DNA of 64,000 nt from Patescibacteria group bacterium (GTDB taxonomy: Bacteria > Patescibacteriota > Patescibacteriia > JACRDY01): the NCBI GenBank assembly GCA_041671565.1, contig JBAZBH010000003.1:572-64571 (forward strand), written 5' to 3'. Below, one piece after another: positions 57,388-64,000 of this stretch. Both the position numbers and the translations under genes were made by a program. The notes beneath the pieces are model-generated. The model saw nothing but the letters and a program-made list of their open reading frames with translations. It ran no database searches and was not told where the DNA came from. Each line of letters opens with the position of its first letter. The stretch's first letter is position 1.

Positions 57388-57738
57388 ATGGAAATCAAAC
57401 AGCCCAAAGACGGTTCATTTCTCAATGATTTTGAGAAAAAGCATATTCCGGAGGTTAAATTACCTCGGACAATCCGTCTGGGCAAAGAGATTAAAATTAA
57501 GGTTCAAGTCGGCGAAATGGTCCACCCAATGATCCCGGAACACTATATTATTTGGGTAGCGCTTTATCGCGGCGAAGAGTTGATCCAAAAAAATCAGCTG
57601 GCGCCGGGCAATCAACCGGAAACCGTTTTTTTGTATCAAGTGACCGGCGGCGAAGAGTTGCGTTGCCTCGCTGAATGCAATATCCACGGCATTTGGGAAA
57701 AGAAATTTGAGATAAAAATTTCCAAAGTTAAAAAATAA
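57388..57738 (+). CDS. superoxide reductase (neelaredoxin-type 1Fe-SOR domain)
   Basis: [22 protein letters not shown] and CNIHGIWE align with the SOR motifs EKHVPVIE, HP..EHHI.WIEL and CNIHGLW. Confidence 0.65.
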   Translation: MEIKQPKDGSFLNDFEKKHIPEVKLPRTIRLGKEIKIKVQVGEMVHPMIPEHYIIWVALYRGEELIQKNQLAPGNQPETVFLYQVTGGEELRCLAECNIHGIWEKKFEIKISKVKK

Positions 57739-57748
57739 GCTAAATTTT

Positions 57749-57871
57749 ATGGCAGTACAAAATGTCGGTGAAAAATATCATTGCAATGTTTGCGGTAACG
57801 AGGTGGAGGTCACCACGGTTGGTGGCGGCACTTTGGTTTGCTGCGGGCAGGAGATGGAACTAAAACAATAG
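57749..57871 (+). CDS. desulforedoxin-like small rubredoxin-type iron protein (40 aa, absent from the ORF track)
   Basis: [40 protein letters not shown]: CxxC...CC pattern and GGGTLVCCG identical in style to desulforedoxin. Confidence 0.55.
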   Translation: MAVQNVGEKYHCNVCGNEVEVTTVGGGTLVCCGQEMELKQ

Positions 57872-57912
57872 TTATAAAGTTATAAAGTTCGCTATCAGCC
57901 AACTTTCAACTT

Positions 57913-58587
57913 ATGTTATATATCGTGGCGACGCCGATTGGCAATTTACAGGATATAACCGCGCGGGCGCTGGAAATACTCGCGGGCGTTGATTTGATTT
58001 TATGCGAAGACACGCGCCAGACACAGAAACTACTTAACCACTATCAAATCAAAGTCCCAACGCTGAGCTACCATCAGCACAGCCAGCTGACCAAGATTGA
58101 TTTGATTCTGAAGCAACTCGCCGACGGCAAAAATCTGGCTTTAGTCAGCGACGCTGGCACGCCCGGTGTTTCCGACCCAGGCAGTTTTTTGGTCAAAAAA
58201 GTAGTGGAACGATTTGGCGCTGAAATAAAAATTATTCCCGTGCCCGGAGCGACAGCTTTGGGCGCTTTGTTTTCAGTTGCGGGTCTGTCGGGTGACGACT
58301 TTTTATTCCTCGGATTTTTGCCGCACAAAAAAGGCCGGCAGACGCTGGTTAAAGAAATTATCGCGAGCGAGCGGACGGTTATCCTGTACGAATCGCCGCA
58401 CCGGATTAAAAAGTTGTTGCAAGAATTAATTGAGTTTGGTCTTGCCGACCGGCCGCTGGTCGTCGGCCGCGAGCTGACCAAGATGTTTGAAACCATTTAC
58501 CGCGGCACCGCGGCGGAGATTGACGGGCAATTGACGGCGGACCAGGTGAGGGGGGAGTTTGTGGTGGCGGTTGGGAGAAGTAATTAA
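57913..58587 (+). CDS. rsmI: 16S rRNA (cytidine1402-2'-O)-methyltransferase RsmI
   Basis: LYIVATPIGNLQDIT, CEDTR, tetrapyrrole-methylase fold motifs. Confidence 0.85.
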   Translation: MLYIVATPIGNLQDITARALEILAGVDLILCEDTRQTQKLLNHYQIKVPTLSYHQHSQLTKIDLILKQLADGKNLALVSDAGTPGVSDPGSFLVKKVVERFGAEIKIIPVPGATALGALFSVAGLSGDDFLFLGFLPHKKGRQTLVKEIIASERTVILYESPHRIKKLLQELIEFGLADRPLVVGRELTKMFETIYRGTAAEIDGQLTADQVRGEFVVAVGRSN

Positions 58588-58846
58588 TAATTAAAAATTA
58601 AGAATTAATAATTAAGGTGCTAGGCCGTCGGAACTGGGATTAAGGATTAGGAGCTAAGATCCGTCAGCTGACGGACTTAATTCTTAATTCTTAATTCTTA
58701 ATTCTTTTTTTGTGCAACCTAATCTCGCTCAAACTTATTATCGGGATGAACAGCAAAAAAACCGTCAGCCGCGGCCGTGGCTGTATTGGCTGATTTTCGC
58801 CGGGGTGGCGGCCGTCGCCGCAATTGCGATTGAATTGGTTTAAAAG

Positions 58847-58918
58847 CACAGATTTACACAGATTAACACAGATTAGCACGGATCTGTGAGTATCTGTGTT
58901 AATTTGTGAAGATTTGTG
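58847..58918. repeat. palindromic hairpin cacagatttacacagattaacacagat... bracketing the 5' side of Cys-rich paralogs 2-3
   Basis: Near-identical element at 62351-62421 on the 3' side of paralog 3. Confidence 0.7.
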
Positions 58919-58921
58919 TTT

Positions 58922-60571
58922 ATGCAATGTAAAAACTGCCAATCCATCTTCACTATCTACCCCGAGGACCAAAAGTTCTACGCTAAAATTGGCGTGCCCG
59001 AGCCGACAAGCTGCCCGGATTGCCGGCAACAAAACCGTTTAGCTTGGCGCAACGAGCGGTTTTTGTATAAAAGAAAATGCGATCTCTGTCAAAAAGATAT
59101 TATTTCTTTTTATTCGCCGGACAAGCCTTATATTCAATATTGCCCGGAATGTTGGTGGAGCGACAAATGGGAAACGCCGGCGTTAGACTACGATCCCAAT
59201 CGGCCATTCTTTGAGCAATGGGCTGAACTTTTACGCCAGACGCCGCACTTAGCATTGATTATTTCCCATGGGGAAAACAGCGATTACTGCCCACACTCGG
59301 TTTATTACAAAAATTGTTATCTCTGTGTTTCCGGAGTGACGGGTGAAAATATTTTTTATTCTTATTGGGTTAATAATTCTTTTGAATGTTTGGATTGTAG
59401 TTTATGTTTTGATTTGCAACAGTGCTATGAATGTCTATATTGTCGGAATCTTTTTTCTTCTTATTATTGTTTAGATTGCGAGAACTCGTCGGAGTTGGCG
59501 TTTTGCCGTGATTGCGTTAGTTGTCATAATTGCCTTGGTTGTGTTGGTCTCCGTCATCAGGAGTATCAAATTTTTAATCAAAAAGTCAGCTCAGAGGAAT
59601 ATCAACGGCAATTGGCCGAGGTCAAAGCTAATCCGCAATTATTTGCCAAAAAATTTCGTGAGTTTAGTCTTAAATTCCCCTGTCTTTTTGCTGACATTCA
59701 ACATAGTGAAAATTCCACCGGTGATCGTTTGACTAGTTGTAAAAATTCCCATAATTGTTTTGACGCGGAAAATTTGGAGGACTGTGCTTATATTTGGAAT
59801 CTACCACAAGGCGCAAGCGCCTGTCAGGATATTAATTACTCACCAAAAGCAGAAATGAGTTATGACGCCATGAGTATTGTGAATAGTAAATACATATTAA
59901 ATAGCGTCAGTTGCTGGGATTGCTCTTTTGTTAGTTATTCTTGGCAATGTTTTTACGGTCAAAATCTTTTTGGTTGCATCGGCTTAAAACACGGCAATTA
60001 TCAGATTTTGAATAAAAAATATTCCGAGGAAGAGTATAACCAGTTGAAGAAAAAAATTATTGACGACATGGTCGCGCAAGGAATTTACGGAAAACTTTTT
60101 TCAATAGAGTATTCGCCGTTTGCTTATAATGAGACCAGCGCGGCGGAGCATTTTCCTTTAACCAAGGAGGGGATTTTGCGGCGCGGCTGGAGTTGGCAGG
60201 ATAATTTACCGGGTACTTTTGGTCAGGGCACGGTTGGCAATCAACATTTAACCTTAGTTGATATTGATGAGAAAATCTTAAACGCGGTTTTCACTTGTAG
60301 TTTATGCCAAAAAAATTATAAACTGATTAAGCCGGAATTAAAATTTTATCGCCTGCATGGCTTAATCTTACCTCATCATTGCCATGATTGCCGTTATGCT
60401 TTAAGAATGAAACTGCGTAATCCGCACCGGCTGTGGCATCGGCAATGTATGTGCGAGAATGCTGAACATAATCATCAAGAGCGGTGTCAGAACGAATTTG
60501 AAACCACCTATTCTCCCGACCGGCCGGAAAAGGTTTATTGCGAGGAGTGCTACCGGAAGGAGATCTATTAA
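58922..60571 (+). CDS. Cys-rich paralog 2
   Basis: MQCKNCQSIFTIYPEDQKFYAKIGVPEPTSCPDCRQQNRLAWRNER...; C-terminus RPEKVYCEECYRKEIY. Confidence 0.6.
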   Translation: MQCKNCQSIFTIYPEDQKFYAKIGVPEPTSCPDCRQQNRLAWRNERFLYKRKCDLCQKDIISFYSPDKPYIQYCPECWWSDKWETPALDYDPNRPFFEQWAELLRQTPHLALIISHGENSDYCPHSVYYKNCYLCVSGVTGENIFYSYWVNNSFECLDCSLCFDLQQCYECLYCRNLFSSYYCLDCENSSELAFCRDCVSCHNCLGCVGLRHQEYQIFNQKVSSEEYQRQLAEVKANPQLFAKKFREFSLKFPCLFADIQHSENSTGDRLTSCKNSHNCFDAENLEDCAYIWNLPQGASACQDINYSPKAEMSYDAMSIVNSKYILNSVSCWDCSFVSYSWQCFYGQNLFGCIGLKHGNYQILNKKYSEEEYNQLKKKIIDDMVAQGIYGKLFSIEYSPFAYNETSAAEHFPLTKEGILRRGWSWQDNLPGTFGQGTVGNQHLTLVDIDEKILNAVFTCSLCQKNYKLIKPELKFYRLHGLILPHHCHDCRYALRMKLRNPHRLWHRQCMCENAEHNHQERCQNEFETTYSPDRPEKVYCEECYRKEIY

Positions 60572-60672
60572 ATATATTAAAAATTAAAAATCAAATAGCA
60601 AAAAGACATAGTAAAAATTAAAAATAGCCATCCAAATTTTTACTATTTGATTTTTAATTTTTTATATATTTC
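60572..60672. repeat. AT-rich palindrome between paralogs 2 and 3
   Basis: aaaaattaaaaatcaaatagcaaaaag..aatttttactatttgatttttaatttt. Confidence 0.55.
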
Positions 60673-62349
60673 ATGCCTAGCTGTAAAAACTGTAATCAAT
60701 TTTTCACCATCTACCCCGAGGACCAAAAGTTCTACGCTAAGATTGGCGTGCCCGAGCCGACCGAATGCCCGGACTGTCGGCAACAACGGCGTATTGGCTG
60801 GCGGAATTTTTTTAATTTGTATGAACGAAAGTGTGAGCTGACTGGCGCGAAAATTATCTCGATGTTCGGCCCGGAGCCGGGGTATAAAGTAATCAACCCG
60901 AAAGACTGGTACTCGGATAAATGGAATCCGCTGGATTACGGTCGCGATTATGATTTTAGTAAATCCTTTTTCAGCCAGTTTGCCGAGCTTTACCGGGCGA
61001 TACCGCATATGGCGCTGATCCAATTAAATTGTTATAACAGCGATTATTGCAATATCATCGGCAACGCTAAAGGTTGTTATATGATGTTTGGTTGTGTGAA
61101 TTCGGAAAACTGCCTTTACGGCCATGTCGTTTGGCAGTGCCACGATTGTTATGATTGCTTGTATTTGCGGAAATGCGAGCTTTGTTATCAGGCGATTGAC
61201 TGCGACGAGTCTTACGGTTTGTTTTACTGTAGCGATTGCGCTGGTTGTAATAACTGCCGCTATACTTACCACTGCAAGGGTTGCCAGGATTGTGTTGGTT
61301 GTTACGGCCTGATCAATCAGCGGAATTATGTCTTGAACCAACCGACGGCCAATGGCGATGATTTCCAGGTTAAGGCGGCGGCATTCATGGCTTTAGGCGA
61401 AAAAGAAAAAGCCGCCAGAATCGCGGAATTAAAACGAACCGTGCCGGTTAAAGAAAGGGAAATGGTGGGCGCAGTGAATTGTAGCGGCAATTATATCTAT
61501 CACAGCAAAAATTGCCACGATGCTTATGATGTTAAAGATTGCGAGGATTGCCGTTATGCCTCTTCGATGGAGTTTCATAAAGACGCTTACGATGTCAGTT
61601 TTACCGCTTGGCGCGGGGAACTAATGTACAATAATCTGACCACTCATGGCCGCAAGATGATCGGCTGCCACCATTGCTTTAGCCAGACGGAAAATTTGTG
61701 TTATTGCCAAGAAACCAACTCGGTTAAAGATTGCTTCGGTTGTATAGGCCTACACAACAAAGAGCAGTATTGCATTTTGAATAAAAAATATTCCGAAGGC
61801 GAATACAATAGTTTGAAAGAAAAGATTATTAAACAAATGACGGCAGCCCCAGCATCCCAGCATGCGCGGGACAAGTCCGCGGGGCAAGTGGGGGAATGGG
61901 GCGAATTTTTTCCGCTCGCTGACTCGCCTTACAGTTATAATGAAAGTATTGTTAATGAATACTTTCCCTTAACTAAAGAGCAGGCGACAGCCAAAGGCTA
62001 CCGCTGGTTGGACCGCAACCAGCGCGAATACCAGCCGCAGAGTTACCAAATGCCGGCCGATATTAAAGAAGTAAAAGACGAAATTTTGCAAGAAGTTTTG
62101 GCTTGCGTTAAATGCGGACGGAATTATAAACTGGTTAAGCCCGAGTTGGATTTTTATCGCCAATATAATCTGCTGGCGCCGACGGAATGCTTCTACTGCC
62201 GGAACGAGGCCAGGCTAGCAAAACGCAACCCGCGCAAGTTATTTATTCGGCAATGCGGTTTTTGCGGCAAAGAAATCAACACCACCTACGCGCCGGACCG
62301 GCCGGAGAAGGTTTATTGCGAGGAGTGCTATCGGAAAGAAATATATTAA
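60673..62349 (+). CDS. Cys-rich paralog 3
   Basis: MPSCKNCNQFFTIYPEDQKFYAKIGVPEPTECPDCRQQRR...; C-terminus identical in style. Confidence 0.6.
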   Translation: MPSCKNCNQFFTIYPEDQKFYAKIGVPEPTECPDCRQQRRIGWRNFFNLYERKCELTGAKIISMFGPEPGYKVINPKDWYSDKWNPLDYGRDYDFSKSFFSQFAELYRAIPHMALIQLNCYNSDYCNIIGNAKGCYMMFGCVNSENCLYGHVVWQCHDCYDCLYLRKCELCYQAIDCDESYGLFYCSDCAGCNNCRYTYHCKGCQDCVGCYGLINQRNYVLNQPTANGDDFQVKAAAFMALGEKEKAARIAELKRTVPVKEREMVGAVNCSGNYIYHSKNCHDAYDVKDCEDCRYASSMEFHKDAYDVSFTAWRGELMYNNLTTHGRKMIGCHHCFSQTENLCYCQETNSVKDCFGCIGLHNKEQYCILNKKYSEGEYNSLKEKIIKQMTAAPASQHARDKSAGQVGEWGEFFPLADSPYSYNESIVNEYFPLTKEQATAKGYRWLDRNQREYQPQSYQMPADIKEVKDEILQEVLACVKCGRNYKLVKPELDFYRQYNLLAPTECFYCRNEARLAKRNPRKLFIRQCGFCGKEINTTYAPDRPEKVYCEECYRKEIY

Positions 62350-62350
62350 A

Positions 62351-62421
62351 CACAGATTTACACAGATTAACACAGATACTCACGGATCTGTGCTGATCTG
62401 TGTAAATCTGTGAAATCTGTG
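62351..62421. repeat. palindromic hairpin cacagattta... (3' bracket)
   Basis: See 58847-58918. Confidence 0.7.
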
Positions 62422-62425
62422 TTTT

Positions 62426-64000
62426 ATGAATGATCCTTTTGTCATCCGCGGGGATAAAATCAAGGGCGCCAGCTTGTCGCGCGATAAGCGGCTAAGTTGG
62501 ACCGAAGGGATTTTTGAAACCGCCGGCTCGGGCCAAATGACGCTCGGTTCGGAACGGAGCCAATTTTTGGGTTCGGCGATTTCGGAAAAGAAGATTAAGT
62601 TGTTTTTAGTTATCAGTTTATTGCTTCTGGCTTCGCTTCTGGGGCGGAGTTTTTATTTGCAGACGGTCAAAGGCGCCTATTACCACAATCTGGCCGAGGG
62701 CAATCGGCTGAGAATTTCTTCGCTACCGGCTTCGCGCGGCGTGATTTTTGACCGGACCGGTCAGCAACTAGTTAAAAATGTTCCGGATTTTAATTTATTA
62801 ATCACCCCGGCCGATTTGCCGGCTGACACCGTGGCGCGCCTCAAAGTTTTGACGGAAGTTTCTAGCTTGGTTAATTTGTCGGTGGCGGAAATCAATAATT
62901 TAATCAGCGAACACGAGCCTTATATTTATCAGCCGATTTTGATCAAATCCGGTTTGGATTATCAAGCGACGCTGCGCGGCAAACTGAAAGAAGCCGAGTG
63001 GCCGGGTGTTAGCCTGACCACCGGTTCGCGGCGCGATTATCTTTTGGCTTCAGGCGAGGAAACGGCTTATTCTTTGGCGCATGTCCTTGGTTATAACGGC
63101 CAACTGTCCAAAACTGAATACGAAAAGCACGCCGGCGAAGGCTATTTTCTTAACGATCAAATCGGCAAAACCGGGCTGGAGTTATATTATGAAAAAGAGC
63201 TCAAGGGTTATAATGGCCAAAAACAAGTGGAAGTTGACGCGCTGGGCCGGGAGAAGGAGATTATCGGCCAAACCGAAGCCATCGCCGGCCAAGATTTAAT
63301 TTTAAATATTGATTACGGTTTGCAAAAGGAAGCCGAGAAGGCTCTCAGCGCCGCTTTAAAATCTTTTAATAAGCGCCGCGGAGCGGTGGTGGCGCTAAAT
63401 CCGCAAAACGGCGAAATTTTGGCTTTAGTGTCACTGCCGGCCTATGACAGCAATAAGTTTTCCGCCGGCATTTCCGTGGCCGATTATAGTCTCTTAAGCA
63501 ATAATCCAGAGCGGCCGCTCTTTAACCGCGTTGTTAGCGGCGCTTATCCGTCCGGTTCCACCATCAAGCCGGTGATGGCGACAGCGGCTTTAGCCGAAGG
63601 TGTAATCACGCCGCAGACGACATTCAATAGCGTGGGCGGGATAAAAATTTTGGATTGGTTTTTTCCGGATTGGAAAGCCGGCGGCCATGGCATTACTAAT
63701 GTTTATAAGGCGATTGCCGAATCAGTCAACACTTTTTTTTACATGATTGGCGGCGGTTATCCGGCAGATGGCAATCCGACGCACCCTTATCAGTTTAATG
63801 GCTTGGGGCCGGAGAAAATTACCGCCTGGCTGAAAAAATTTGGCCTGGGGACGGCGACGGGGATTGATTTGAACGGCGAAGCCGACGGCTTTGTGCCATC
63901 GGTGGAGTGGAAAAATAAAACTACCGGCGAGCAGTGGTATATCGGCGACACTTACAATTTGTCCATTGGCCAGGGCAACTTACTGGTGACGCCTTTGCAA
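62426..64000 (+). CDS. penicillin-binding protein 2 / FtsI-type transpeptidase (3' end outside the window)
   Basis: N-terminal transmembrane helix, dimerisation domain, SxxK-region context (..GSTIKP..), frame open to the window edge. Confidence 0.75.
   Translation, partial: MNDPFVIRGDKIKGASLSRDKRLSWTEGIFETAGSGQMTLGSERSQFLGSAISEKKIKLFLVISLLLLASLLGRSFYLQTVKGAYYHNLAEGNRLRISSLPASRGVIFDRTGQQLVKNVPDFNLLITPADLPADTVARLKVLTEVSSLVNLSVAEINNLISEHEPYIYQPILIKSGLDYQATLRGKLKEAEWPGVSLTTGSRRDYLLASGEETAYSLAHVLGYNGQLSKTEYEKHAGEGYFLNDQIGKTGLELYYEKELKGYNGQKQVEVDALGREKEIIGQTEAIAGQDLILNIDYGLQKEAEKALSAALKSFNKRRGAVVALNPQNGEILALVSLPAYDSNKFSAGISVADYSLLSNNPERPLFNRVVSGAYPSGSTIKPVMATAALAEGVITPQTTFNSVGGIKILDWFFPDWKAGGHGITNVYKAIAESVNTFFYMIGGGYPADGNPTHPYQFNGLGPEKITAWLKKFGLGTATGIDLNGEADGFVPSVEWKNKTTGEQWYIGDTYNLSIGQGNLLVTPLQ

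Overview
This ~48% GC window is compact and gene-dense, and reads like a small-genome bacterium of the Candidate Phyla Radiation / Patescibacteria type. That placement is my inference from gene content and architecture. Most ORFs are housekeeping genes on the + strand: lepA, recJ, rnhA, a type IV pilus block (pilM, response regulator, pilin, prepilin peptidase), a NUDIX hydrolase, ligA, gatC/gatA, dnaG, rpoD, a PurC-PurE fusion, glycosyltransferases, mraZ-rsmH-ftsL, tgt, a membrane-anchored ClpC-like ATPase, an MraY/WecA-family transferase, an M16 peptidase, tpiA, rplJ/rplL, a PP2C phosphatase fused to a beta-propeller, a superoxide reductase with a separate desulforedoxin, rsmI and ftsI. There are tRNAs for Ser, Asn, Thr and Tyr. 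The headline feature is a complete diversity-generating retroelement (DGR) at about 35.7-38.5 kb. It has a target gene whose C-terminal 122-nt variable repeat differs from a downstream template repeat at 16 positions, all of them template adenines. It has an Avd-like four-helix-bundle gene on the opposite strand. It has a reverse transcriptase whose reading frame is broken only by an 11-G homopolymer, which may be a phase-variation switch or a sequencing error. A second candidate system is a family of three ~560-aa cysteine-rich paralogs with conserved zinc-ribbon-like N and C termini and divergent middles. Each gene or gene pair is bracketed by long palindromic hairpins. A third is two small GIY-YIG (YhbQ-like) nuclease genes, each inside a cassette of intact tRNA genes flanked by duplicated tRNA fragments. 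In those fragments, stems or loops are replaced by GC-rich TCCGCC..GGCGGA hairpins. The window also holds a duplicated ~260-nt structured non-coding element, a ~60-nt motif conserved upstream of three unrelated genes, and several families of intergenic palindromic repeats. All functional calls rest on motif recognition by eye, because no database searches could be run here.
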